A stretch of DNA of 64,000 bases from the human T2T-CHM13v2.0 reference genome, Homo sapiens: assembly GCF_009914755.1 (NCBI RefSeq), contig NC_060925.1; one strand, 5' to 3'. The notes beneath the pieces were generated by a model. That model searched no databases. It was not told where the DNA came from and saw only the letters and a program-made list of their open reading frames with translations. Shown one piece after another: positions 43,662 through 56,887 of the stretch (the stretch's first letter is position 1; each line of letters opens with the position of its first letter). The position numbers and the translations under genes are program-made.

Positions 43662-43848
43662 TTTGTGTGGCAGAAAACCTCAAAGCCTTTTCTATCGCTG
43701 CGGTGGCTCAGAGGATATGGGAATTTAATTCACAGCTCCTGCAGTGCAAGCATGGCACTTTTTCAATAGCAATTTGGGACAGAAATAAAAATAGCAAGGA
43801 CAATGGCAATGCAGTTGCTGAACACTCAGTAGCTGAAGTAGAATATCT
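43662..43848 (-). pseudogene. Candidate internal exon remnant encoding a hydrophobic (TM-like) segment
   Basis: ctaac branch point, pyrimidine tract, aag acceptor, AAA|gtgaga donor; IFYFSY*VFSNCIAIVLAIFISVPNCY*KSAMLALQEL*IKFPYPLSHRSDRKGFEVFCHT; ends phase 2 matching the next exon; + ORF 43667-43954 open in antisense register. Confidence 0.45.
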
Positions 43849-44307
43849 CTTTAAGAAGAGGACATGGAAAAGTCACAGACAAGTTAGCACAGCGGATCAG
43901 CCTGGAAGCCAAACAGAGATCCAGACAGAGGACCCTGATTGGAGAGCTGGTTAACAAACTAGGAGACTCCAGATGGGCGAGAAACACCACTCCAGCCTCT
44001 TTTTTAAGGGCTTCATCAGTCCATTAGCCAAATATATTGTACTAGCTCTTAGAACTGCGTATGGCTCATTTCCAAAGAGTAATTTTGATTTCTTCACAAT
44101 TCATACTTTTGTTGCCTTTGAGAACAATGTCCAGATATTCTTAGGAGATAAGTGAGTTAGGTGGGCCCTCGTGACATTTATAACTACAATATCATCCCTC
44201 ACAGAACAGTGCCTGAGCAGTTACTGTCATTCTCATTTAACCAAATTAACCCTTACTTGGACACAACTTTTAATGCAATTTGATTTAAGGGTTGCATGAC
44301 TCATTAG

Positions 44308-44621
<314 letters not shown>

Positions 44622-45016
44622 TTTTTTTTTGCCTTTTAAAACCTGAGTCATCTTTTAAGACCCAGCTAATGACTTACTCCTTCTAGTTCCATTCTATAGA
44701 TCTTATTTTCCTTCAACTTGCTATTCTTTCCACACAATGAATACTTAATCATATAGTGCAGGGGACCTCAGCTATCAACGCATATCTGCAAAAATGGTCC
44801 TTCAGCTTCCTTGCAAAGAAAAGGAGAGACACACAGTTCAAGGATGCTTGTTGATTGGCTCTGCTTGTCCCTGAATGTGGAAATGGCCTGGTCGATGCTA
44901 AATTAGGTTCAAGAACCAGAAGAGTCCAGAATTTCCTTCAGTGGAAATGCATTCATTTGTATAGGTTCTTCTTAACCAGTGATGTAAGCCCTCAATTTAA
45001 AAAAAAAAAAAAAACA

Positions 45017-45324
45017 CCAGGTACGGTGGCTCACACCTGTAATCCCAGCACTTTGGGAGGCCGAGGCGGGCGGATCACGAGGTCAGGAGATCGAGACCAT
45101 CCTAGCAAACATGGTGAAATCCTGTCTCTACTAAAAATACAAAAAATTAGCCAGGCGTGGTGGTGGTCAGCTGTAGTCCCAGCTACTCGGGAGCCTGAGG
45201 CAGAAGAATGGCGTGAACCCGGGAAGCGGAGCTTATAGTGAGCCGAGATGGCACCACTGCACTTCAGCCTGGGCGACAGAGTAAGACTCCTTCTCAGAAA
45301 AAAAAAAAAAGAAAAAAAAAAAAA
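45017..45324 (+). mobile_element. AluY
   Basis: gagatcgagaccatcct, gaatggcgtgaacccggga. Confidence 0.93.
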
Positions 45325-45873
45325 GACATAGCTGGAGATAGGCTTCTCTGACCTAGCAAGACCTTCCTTCCATGAGCTGCAGCACAAACAGCTAGACACC
45401 TATTAGGGACTTTGGGGACCCAGGGAAGTGTTATCAAGACAGGTTTCCTTTGCTTCTGTTGCGTGGGACCTCTGCATATCAGCTGCATTGTTGTGTCTTT
45501 TTAAAAATATATTGAGAACTTGGTCTAATCTTTCTCTCCCTCTGTCTCTCCACTCCCTATCCATTTATAGGTACTGAAATGTTGCAGTAACCAGCTAAAT
45601 TAGCAACTTAATTTCTTTACCCAACATTATGTTTTTGAGATCTATCCATGACATAGAATGATAGATATACATACAGTCCATTCCTTTTTAACTGCTCTAT
45701 AATAGATCATTGAATGACTCTACCAGATTTTATTTATTCATTTCCCTATGATGGACATTTAGATTGTTTCTAGTTTTTTTCCTAATGCAAGCAATGTAGC
45801 TGTCCATATCCTCATACCAGGTTCCTAAGAGTGGTTGTATGATTTATTCACAATTACTTATTTTCTCAGTCCT

Positions 45874-46382
45874 TGTCACTGAGCAATGGGTTTACTGTCT
45901 AATGTACATAGAAGCTAATACTATGGTACCAGCCTTGGGGAAAAAAAAGCTTTATTGCAAGGTTGACTGGCAAGGAGACAAGAGGCAATGTTGAAATATG
46001 TCTCCCCAAGCAGGGGTCTTGTGGAAGGTTTTATAGGGAGGGATTAACTATGAGGAAGAAAGGAAAATGCAAAAAGTCATGATTTGTTTGGGTTTTTCAG
46101 AGACGTGGTGCCTGGCCCCTGGCTCTTAAGTTCAGACTGCAACAAAACAGTGCTCCCCTTGCTCCTTAATTTGGTCTGTGCTCTGGAGTCCAGGTACTTA
46201 GGTTCTCTATGTGGTTAACTTTTTTGTTCCAGCCACCTCCAGGGTCACTAATCAGGCATGCCTTGTTCATGTGCACGTGTTCAGGTTATGTGACTTGCAG
46301 CCTAGGAGTTCACTGCAACTGAAAAACAACTTATTCTGTTATTGACAAAGTTGAATCAGTTGGAACTGGTTCTGTGGTTACA
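45874..46382 (-). mobile_element. ERV1 solo LTR (MER57-like) nested in the MLT1 LTR
   Basis: tgtcactgagcaatggg ... gctttattgc (minus AATAAA) ... ggttctgtggttaca. Confidence 0.55.
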
Positions 46383-47159
46383 CCCTCGCTAAGCTTCCCT
46401 ATGGGTGGAATATCCTTCCCTTCTGCATTGACTTTGGGCTTGGCTGTATGACCTGCTTTGGCCAATAGAGCTTATGCCATGTCTAAGCAAAATATTTCCA
46501 TGTATTTAGTGTGGTTTGGCTCTGCTTCCATTGAGGGTCTGTTCTCTGTTATAAGAACATCATACCCCAAATACTAGCTGTGCCTTTAGCCTGAGAGGCA
46601 GTATGAGACGATACATGCATCCATTTGTATAAGTTCTTCTTAACTAGTGATGTGAGTGCCCAAAAAGAACACAGGTTGAGATTGGACTTCTCTGACAAAG
46701 ACCTTCCTTGCATGGACCACATCCCAAATGGCTGCCAAAATGAGCCCAGCCTACCCCGGTCAAGCCCAGCTGAGCCCGACAACACCCAGGGGAACCACAA
46801 CCAACCTGCAGCCCTTATGCTACACAAGGAAGAGAGAAATGTTTGTTGTTGTAATCCATTGGAATTTGAGGATTGTTAGTTGCTGCAGCAAAAGCTGATT
46901 GCTACAAACATAGGTCCCTAAGAGTAAGCTGACATCATAATAAAACCTAAAATATGTAGCTTTGGCTTCAGGATACTGCAGATGTGGCAATCTATGTTAT
47001 GCAGTTCATATGGTAAAACCATAAAAAATGTACCTAATGAACTTCTGGGTTTGGGAAAGGAGATTTCAAGGTAGAAAGCTCAGAATTATCAGTTGGTTGT
47101 TATTAGCTATATTAGATAAGGTACTAAAAGAAAGGGATATTCATAAAATAACCAGCCTA

Positions 47160-47730
<571 letters not shown>

Positions 47731-47744
47731 CAGCCTATTTGTTT

Positions 47745-48563
47745 TAAGGTAGAATTTATTACAGTAAAAACCATCCTTTTTAGTGTACAGTCTGTGAGTT
47801 TTGACAAATGCATACAATCATGTGACTATCACCAAACTCAAGATACAGAACCATTCTATCATACTAAAGAATCCTCAAATTCCCTTTGGAGTCAGCCGCC
47901 AGGCCCAGCCCCAGCCCCAGCCCCAGCCCCAGCCCCTAGAACTACTAATTTGTTTTCTCTATATAATTTTGAATTTTCCAGAATGTCCTATAAATGGAAT
48001 CACACAGTATGTAGCCTTTGAGCCTGGACTCTTTCATTTAGCACAATGCATTTGAAATTCATCCACATTGTTGCATGTATCAAGAATTTGGTCCTTTTTA
48101 TTTCTGAGTATTATTTTATTGTATAGGTGTACCTTGATTTATCCACTTGTTGAAGGACATTTGAGTTCTTACCAGTTTGAGGCTTTTAAAAATTAAGCCA
48201 CCATAAATATTTTCATACCAATTTTTTTGTGAACATAAGTTTTTATTTCCCTTTATAAAGATATGAGTGAGATTGCTGGGCCATAAGTATATGTTTAACT
48301 TTATAAGAAGTGGCCAAACTGTTTCCAAAGTGGTTGTACATTGTACATTACCACCAATAGTTGCTCTGCATTCTTGCCAACACTTGTTATTATTAGTCTT
48401 TTCAATTTTAGCCATTCCAGTAGCTAATTAGTTGTATCTCATTGTGATTTAAGTTAGCATTTCCCTAATGACGAATGTTCAAATTATGTTGAACATCTTT
48501 TCATGTGCTTATTTGTCAACCATATATCTTTTTGGTGAAGTATATGTTCATATCTTTGCCCAT
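47745..48563 (-). mobile_element. L1M 3' fragment
   Basis: MAKIEKTNNNKCWQEC ORF2 end; ttttagtgtacagtctgtgagttttgacaaatgc 3'UTR. Confidence 0.8.
47907..47936. repeat. (AGCCCC)5 microsatellite; (GGGGCT)5 on minus strand
   Basis: Direct read. Confidence 0.9.
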
Positions 48564-48915
48564 TGTCTTAGTTCATTTGTGCTATGATAACAAAATGCCA
48601 GAAACTGGGTAATTTATAAACAATAGTAATTTATTTCTCACAGTCCTGGAGATGAAAGTCCAAGATCAAGCTGCTAATAGGTTCAGTGTCTGGTGCAACA
48701 CCCAGTCTATGCTTCCAAGATGATGCCTTGTTGCTGTGTCTTCCAGAAGTGATAAACACTGTGTCCTCACATGATAGCAGGGACAGAAACAGTGAACTCA
48801 CCTCCTCAGACCCTTTTATAAAGAACTAATCCTATCTATGAGGACAGAGCCTTCATTGTTTAATCATTTCCTAAAGGCTCTACTTCTTAATACTCTTGCA
48901 TTGGGGATTAAGTTA
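48564..48915 (-). mobile_element. MST/MLT1A-type MaLR LTR
   Basis: tgtcttagttcatttgtgctatgataacaaaatgccagaaactgggtaatttataaac. Confidence 0.75.
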
Positions 48916-49913
48916 AAATCAAGGGCACGGTCCCACAGAAACCTAAAGTATTCGTAATTAATTTAGAGAGAGAGAGGCAATTCTCAAAAAGAACTATGGG
49001 TCTCCCTTTTGCCACAGGAAACCAACAGAAACCAAATAGACAGCAAAACAGGAAAGTTACCGAGAGAATGTTTTGACAAAAATGCTACCAGCCTGCACTA
49101 ATACAGACAGTCATAGTTCAAGAAGTAAAAACATCTCTTGGGCACCTAACTTTCTACAGATGAGGAGCAGGCCAAGAAAGGTTCTCAGCTGCCAAGCTGG
49201 GCATATTCTGCAGTGGTCTCTTCAGATATAGCCAAAGAGGATGATGGAAAATAAAGGACATCTCAGAGGGCAGAGCCAACAGCTATGGAAAAAATGTTTA
49301 GAGAACCACTTCCAGGAGTCAGAATCAGGGCCCAATCTAAGACCATGTTTTTACCCCATTTAAAGATTTTTAGAAAGGTAAAATAATGCCTCTCACACAG
49401 GTATAAAATGAACCAATGTTAAAAGATTTTATTTAACCATTATTAATGAGGGAACCCAGCAGATGTTGCAAAGAAAATTCTCAAAGAAGAATCTAAAAAT
49501 CAGACACCTTTGTATATCAGGAATGTGCAAGTGGAGATGAAATCGGCATCTTTCACAGTTGGAGAGAGAAGTCAGTTAAAATTCTATTGGACAGAATTTT
49601 TTGCATGTCTATAGGTAAGAATTATTTTGCATTACTATCATTTATCTACAATTTACAGAGTTGTAAAACAGCTTAAAGACAATGAAAGACACAGAGCTCT
49701 TACAGCATCAGAGTCAGACAAAGAAGAGTATATGTTCAACAATGGATCATTTTCCAATGAGGTATACATTTTTCCCTATAGCCCCCAAGATTTGTCCAGC
49801 AGGATTTCAGAATTGCTATGGACCACTGACTGGGCTATTGTGCCTCCTTTTGCTCCCCTTTTCAACTGGGAGTATTTATTGCAATTATCTGGTTCTACCA
49901 TTGTATGATGGAC

Positions 49914-50268
49914 ACAGGTTGAGTATCCTTTATCTGAAATGCTTAGGACCAGAAGTGTTTTGAATTTTGTATTTTTTCAGATTTTTAATTATTTGCATAC
50001 ACACAATGAGATATCTTGGGGATGGGACCCAAGTCTAAACGTGTGGAAAAGTTATAGCACAGGTGAAGGGGGTGGAAGAGTCTTCTTCCCTTGGAAATAC
50101 TGAAAAAACTGTGCATTGTGTGCCTGCATTTTGACTGTGTGACCCATCACATGTGAGAGGTCACATGTGGAATTTTCCACTTGTGGCCTCATGTTGGCAC
50201 TCAAAAAGTTTCAGATTTTGGAGCATTTCAGATTTTAAGATTGTCAGATTAGGGATGCTCAACCTCTA
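49914..50268 (+). mobile_element. Tigger4/MER46-type DNA transposon
   Basis: TIRs caggttgagtatcctt / agggatgctcaacct. Confidence 0.85.
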
Positions 50269-51023
50269 CATAGGTCTTTTATGGCTGGAGGGGAACTATC
50301 ACTACAATCAGAGCCTGATGAAGGTCATGAGGTCCTGGACTTGAAGCCTGATGTTGAATTGGATGAGGCTCTTGAGGTATCTTGGAAAGAAGATGAGTAA
50401 ATTTTGTGGAGAGAAATGAATATTTGTGTCCAAGAAGGTAGATTGAGTAGACAATATCATTTAGTAATTATTCATTAGAATGCATTGGGACAGATTCTTT
50501 AAAGGCATTTTTGTGGTTTGGCTCTGCTCTCTTGATCTTCTGTTCTCCATCATAAGAATGACATGTCCCAGATAGTGACTAATACTCCAACCTAGGTCTC
50601 TGAATGGAAAGACACATGAAAGTTGGCTAAATTCAGTAGATCTCAGTCAAGCCCAGTAGAGTCCAGCTTAGTCTAGTAGAGTTTTAGCTGACCTGTAGTC
50701 CTCAAGTAAATGAACAAGAAAGAAATATTTGTTGTTGCAAGCTACTTGGGGTAGTAAAAGCTAATACATTTCTTACTTGCATCCTTTTAAGATAATTTGA
50801 AGGCATTTATCACATTTTAAAATGTTGTCAGATATTGAATAATTACTCTATGAGGTACTTACAGAAATTTACATGACCAGCAGTAGTATACAGATTTCCA
50901 GACTCATCAACTTTGGTATTTTCATGTATTTTTATTTTTGCTCATGTAGTAGTTGAATGTAACACTTTTATAATCTGAAACAACATTGAAATGTTTGCTT
51001 TAAAAATAAAGTGATGAGGTTCT

Positions 51024-51339
<316 letters not shown>

Positions 51340-52029
51340 GTGACGAGGTTCAAATGAAGGGAAGCCCACTCTGATGCCAGATCTAAAGGATGAAGATGGG
51401 GCTGACCCTGCCCTGGGAAATAGGAGACAGAAGGGGAAAATCTGGGGTCCTGCAGATAAGGAGCATGTGGAGGCAGTAGGGATAGAGAAATCTCAGAAGC
51501 AAAGGTGGAAGCTGGTGACAACAGGGTCCAGGATGTGTATCATGAAAAGAACCAGCTTATCTAGCGCTCTCAACCCTGGGATGCCAGTGATGGATTATGG
51601 GCCTGCCCCTCAGATGTAAAAGATGCACTGGCTTAGGTACACATTGTTTTAATCTAAACTTGTTTCTCACTTTTTCATACCACAAGATTATTGTGGGATG
51701 AATGGTAGTGTCAAGAGAACCAGACTGGAAGTTAGAAGACCTGGGTGTAGGTCCCTCCTGATAAGCTGTGTCTCTCAGCAAGTCAGTGATCTCTACGAAA
51801 ACGAGGGATTTGAACCATTTGACTTCTAAGTTTCTTCCAAGCCAAAAACAATGATTTTACTATTTAGTGAATCAATTTTTCTAGTCCACAATTTTGCTGT
51901 GCTAGAACAGTAACCTGCAAATCTTCAGGGTCTAAAACACCCCAATCTTATTTCCTTTCACTTGTTTACCTTGCTGGATTACCCTGAATAAAAGGACAAG
52001 AAGGCATATCTTTTTAAAAGTCAGAGGTA

Positions 52030-52890
52030 TGTTTATCCAAGTAAAAGAATATGTTCACAAAAAGACTAATACAAAAATGTTTGCAGCTGCTTTATTTATA
52101 ATAATACGAAATGGACCAGGTGTCCATCAACAGGAGAATGAATAAACAGTGCACTGTAATCTTACAATGGAATACTACTTAGCAATAACAAGGAATGAAC
52201 TATTGATACATACAACATAGATGAATTTTAAAACATTGTGCTAAGTGAAAGAAGCCTTACAAAAAACAGTACATTATATGATCCTATTGCGATTATAGAG
52301 CAGTCCAAACAAATCTATGGTGGATGGTAACACTTTTATAATCTGAAACAAACAACATTGAAATATTTGCTTTAAAAATAAAGTGATGAGGTTCAAATGA
52401 AGGGAAGCCCACTCCGATGCCAGGTTGGTGATTGCATCTGAGAGGTGGGGGCAGGGATTGACTGTGAAGGGGCATGAGGGAATTTTCTGGGGTTTATGGT
52501 AATGTTCTGTATCTCAACAGAGGTTTGGGTTACAAAGGTTAATGCATTGTTCCAAATGCAGTGAATGTACTCCTTCAATGTATATACATTTAATGTCTGT
52601 AAAATTTACATAAAATACTGCAAAAAATCAAACTTTATTATGAACCATATTAATTATATGCACATTGAAGTATTTCAGAGGAAGTCTACCGATGTCTTCA
52701 CTTTACTTTGAAATGCATCAAGCAACAAGATGGATTCATGCCTGAATAAAAGGATGGCTAGACAGACATGTAATAAAGCAGGCATAGTAAATATTAATAA
52801 TAGTATTTAAGTGATGAGTATACCAACGTTTACTGTAACATTCTTTTAACCTTGTTATTTGCTTGTAATTTTTCATGATAAAATATTGAA
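52030..52890 (+). mobile_element. L1MC/ME 3' fragment
   Basis: ccatcaacaggagaatgaataaac...aatggaatactacttagcaataac. Confidence 0.75.
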
Positions 52891-53032
52891 AGAAATCAAG
52901 GTAGTTGTTGTGTTTGTAATTTTAAGAATTGCATTAGATGATGATAAAAAGACATATATATGAGTATTATGAAATCAGATTAAGAATCACTATTGTCTTA
53001 TTTCAAAGGTCCATTAAAATCTGTTATTAAAA

Positions 53033-53836
53033 TTAACAGATGCTGATGAGAATCTGGAGAAAAAAGAACTCTTATACACTGTTGGTAGGAATGTAAATTA
53101 GTACAGCCACTACAGAAAACAGTATGGAGATTTCTCAAAAACTAAAAATAGAACTACCGTATGATCTAGGAATCCCACTATTGGGTATTTATCGAAAGGA
53201 AGAGAAATCAACATTTCAAAGATGTATCTGCACTGCCATATTTATTGCAGCAGTATTCACAATAGTAAAGATATGGAATCAAACTAAGTGTTCGATAGAT
53301 GAATAGATAAGGAAAATGTGGCATATATACACAGTGTAAACTATTCAGCCACAAAAAAAGAATGAAAAATCATGTTCTTTGCAGCAACATGGATGGAACT
53401 GGAGGTTATTATGTTAAGTGAAATAAGCCAGACACAGACAGACAAATATTGTATGTTCTCACTCATAAGTCAGAGCCAAAAAGTTGATTTCATCGAGATG
53501 GGGAGTAGAATGATAGATACTGAAGGCTGGGAAAGGTGTCTGGATGGGATGGGGGAATAAAGAGAAGTTGGTTAATGGGTGCAGACAGTGAGATAGAAGG
53601 AATAAGTTCTAATGTTTGATAGCAAAAAAGAGTGACTATAGTTAGCAACAAAGTATTGTATAGTTGAAAATAGCTAGAAGAGAACACTTGAAATGTTCCC
53701 AACACATAGAAATGATAAATACTAGAGGTGATGGATACCCCAAATACCCTCACTTGATTATTACTCATTCTTGCATATAACAAAATATTACATGTACCTT
53801 ATAAATATGTACAAAATTATGTATTGGTTAAAAAAA
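53033..53836 (+). mobile_element. L1MA 3' end
   Basis: ELPYDLGIPLLGIY...FIAAVFTIVKIW; L1MA 3'UTR gatagaaggaataagttctaatgtttgatagc. Confidence 0.88.
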
Positions 53837-54319
53837 CACCCTTGTAGAGGCAGAATTATGTATCTCTACATCTCCCAACAGTGAGCACTTTATTCCTGAT
53901 TTGCCAAGGAGCTAGTCTGATGGACAGAAAGAAGTGTGGTAGACCTTCTCTAAGATGGTCCTCATCTCCTGGTATTCATGCACTGTGTCAGCAGTCCCCT
54001 TCTCTGCAGTGCGTCTGGACTTACCAATTCAGTTATCATGAATAAAACATAGCAAAAGTAATTGGATGTCATCACCAAGCTTAGATTATAAAAAGATCAT
54101 AGTTCTCATCTTCGGCATTCTCTGGCTTTCTCTCTCTCTCTCTCTCGGATCAGCAGTTTCCATGTAGTGGGGACACTCAGGTAGCTACCTGGGCATGCTA
54201 CTTGAACTCTCTGAGCCTCAGAGAGGCTCATACCCATGCCTACCTCATAAAGTACTAAATGAGATAAAGCATATAAAGCACTTAGGAAGTGCCCGGCATA
54301 GAATATGTGTTCAAGCAAT

Positions 54320-54845
54320 TCATTTATTCATTCAGTGTAGACTTCTTGGGCATTTAGTAGTCAATAGTACATGTCTGATGCCATTCTAGGCCATGGGGAT
54401 CCTGTGGTGAGTGAAAAAAGTCCTTGCTCGGATCGAGCTTACAGTCTGGCGAGGGGAAAACAGATGTACAGTGCAGGTGGCAATAAGGTCTGTGAAGAAA
54501 AAGTCCAGCAGGGGAAGGGGATCGCATGTGTGAGTTTATAGAAGATGGTCACATTTGGGTGTGAACCTCTGCCTGCTTTGGGGAAAGGTGCTCTAGGCAG
54601 AGGCAACCACAGCCGCTAAGGTCCTGGGTTGGGGTCTTGTATAGTATGTTTAGAATAGGAAGGAGTTGGGGCCGAAGCAGAGAGAGATGAGGGCAGAGAA
54701 AAAAGTCATGGGGGCCAGATTCTGCAGGGCCTTGAAGGCCATTGTTGAGAGTTTGCATTTGACTCTGAGTGAGGGGAAGCTATTGGAAGGTTTAAGGTAG
54801 ACCAGTGATATCATCAGACTTATGTTTTAAAAGCATTACTTTGTC
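54320..54845 (-). mobile_element. L2 fragment
   Basis: cattcattc start; gagtttgcatttgactctgagtgagggg. Confidence 0.65.
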
Positions 54846-55239
54846 AGAGCAGATGGATGGAATACAGGTTGATTGCTGTTTTTATTATTATTACTAGTAT
54901 TCTTTTGTACATCTTTCTTCTCTGGGAGAACCAAGTGTTTTTCTTTCCCTCAGAACAGGTATAAAAATGTGAATAAATCCCCCCGAGGTGCTGTCATATG
55001 GTAGAGAGCAGTATTTTGGGGCTGTCTTATTTTCTTATAAAGCTAACTTCTCTTCAGAGCCTATTATAATTTTTTAGTCTCAGTTGAGGGACTTGAGAAC
55101 AATATATTTAGATTATTTTCTCAAAGAGCTATTGGTACAGATTTTAAACAACAATCAGTGTGTTCAGTAAAATCACTCATGGCCTTATTAGTCATGCAGC
55201 ACTTGTGGATTGGTCCAGAAAACCGAATTTAGAGGATGG

Positions 55240-55520
55240 GTGCATATGTATATGTGCATGCTTGTTTATGTGCATAAGTGTGCATGTGTGTGCAGATGCA
55301 CAGGTACGTGTATGTGTATTACAGTCCTGGTGTAGGTATGTGAGTGAATGTGTTTCTATGTGCACGTGTATGGTACATGCACGTGTGGCATATGCATGTG
55401 TGCGCATACATACATGTGTGCGTATGGATGACAGAGTGTATTCTCTATGTGTGCACATATGTGTGCTTTATGTGCATTGTATGGCTTGGGTGTTGCATAT
55501 TTATAAGCATGTGCAGTGTT
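55240..55520. repeat. Degenerate (TG)n/(TGCA)n low-complexity tract
   Basis: Direct read; source of the Cys/Val/His-rich spurious ORFs. Confidence 0.85.
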
Positions 55521-56526
55521 CATGGGCCTCTGTTTGATGCAAAACTAAGAAGTGGCTCGTCACCATCTCTGTCCTTGATATATTTTCAATCCAGTTGGGG
55601 AGATTCAATATAGAAGCAGCTGTGAAATAGCACTGCCATCAATAGGTCATCTTTTATTGGACGTTTTCTACAAAGTGTGTCATTATTCATGAGAGTATGC
55701 TGCAATAAAATATGGTCTTTGTTTTCTTTATCCACAAAGTTAAAAGGTGGAATCGAATAAGTTTTAGGTTCCCTCCTGTCTAAAGTATGATTTAAACACT
55801 CATTTTCCAGTATTACAACCATCATTTAAAAGTCTTTGAGAAAAGCAGCAACTGTAAAAAATGTTGCAGTGTTGAGCACCCTGGCCAGGCTTCTGCAGTT
55901 TGGAGCATTTTCTCCAGCTCTGGGGCTGCAGAGCTGAGGTAGGGTGGCTCCACCTCCTTCTCCAGAGAAGTGACTAGAGCACCTTGAAAGGCTAGGGAAA
56001 GGCTAGAGGCTTTAGGGACTCATCCAGCTACTTCTGCCCAGGTCCACTTGTCACCAGGCTTGATGAGTGTGAGTAACCCATCACCTTCACGCATTGACCT
56101 CCCTGCATCACTCATTCATTACTCATTCATTTATTCTCTTTCCTTTCTCTTCTCCCTCCTGTCTCCTCTCCTATTCACTCCCTCTCCTTTCACCAACTCT
56201 CCCCTCCTCTCCTTCACTGAGGAGGCAGGCAAGATCAGACACCCAGCTGGGGGCTGGGCATAAAGAAACATGCATCTGACCTTTTCTACATGACAACTGT
56301 GGAAGTCTGCTGCTAAATCTTTCATATGATCTGCAATTCTTTTTTCCCACCTACAGATTACTCCACGCTTCCTAGCTCTTGTCATAAATCCACAGATGCC
56401 TCGTTTCACAATAAGGAAAACTGAGCCAAGACGGGTTTTAGTGACTCATTTAAAATCTCACTGCTGCTTATGGCACCTCTGATTATCATCCCCAAATAAA
56501 GTTTAAAAGCCACCACATCATGGGCT

Positions 56527-56887
56527 ATTTTAAAAGATAAACTTAGGCACATTAAAACTTTAAAGAGTATATTTGAGTAGACAGGAATTCATGAATCAAT
56601 AACACTGGACCACCCATGGTTCAGCACTCCACTGTGGGGGACCCGGGAGGCAGAGAGAGGAAAATTTTATAAGGTGTTTGGGGAAGTAAAAAATATTTAC
56701 TTTTATATAAAAAAAAATTTGGCTAAAGTGGAAAGTTCCTAGTTAGAGGTTAACTGGTGGTTTCTGATTGGTTAAGCTTAAGTTTCATTTTTCTGTTTAT
56801 ATTGAGCTTAGGTTTGTTTTTGCAGGAATCTGAGGCACAAGAGTCTTCTCAGCCTAATGGACTCACAATTTTTTTTTCTTTTTAACA
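56527..56887 (-). mobile_element. ERV1 MER4-group solo LTR
   Basis: taaaagataaacttaggcacattaaaactttaaagagtatatttgag ... ctgattggtt ... tttaaca. Confidence 0.55.

Noticed and set aside
43662-43848. Three in-frame TGA codons as selenocysteine
   Set aside because: The next exon has TAG stops and no SECIS was recognised; codon decay is simpler
43667-43954. 95-aa + strand ORF (MAENLKAF...) as a real gene
   Set aside because: GTG start, no recognisable domain; better explained as the antisense shadow of the minus-strand exon remnant
51970-51983. Possible 14-nt minus-strand microexon after ccttcttgtccttttattcag
   Set aside because: Cannot be placed in a consistent frame with the other candidate exons
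55160-55613. Cys/Val/His-rich ORFs
   Set aside because: Products of the degenerate (TG)n tract
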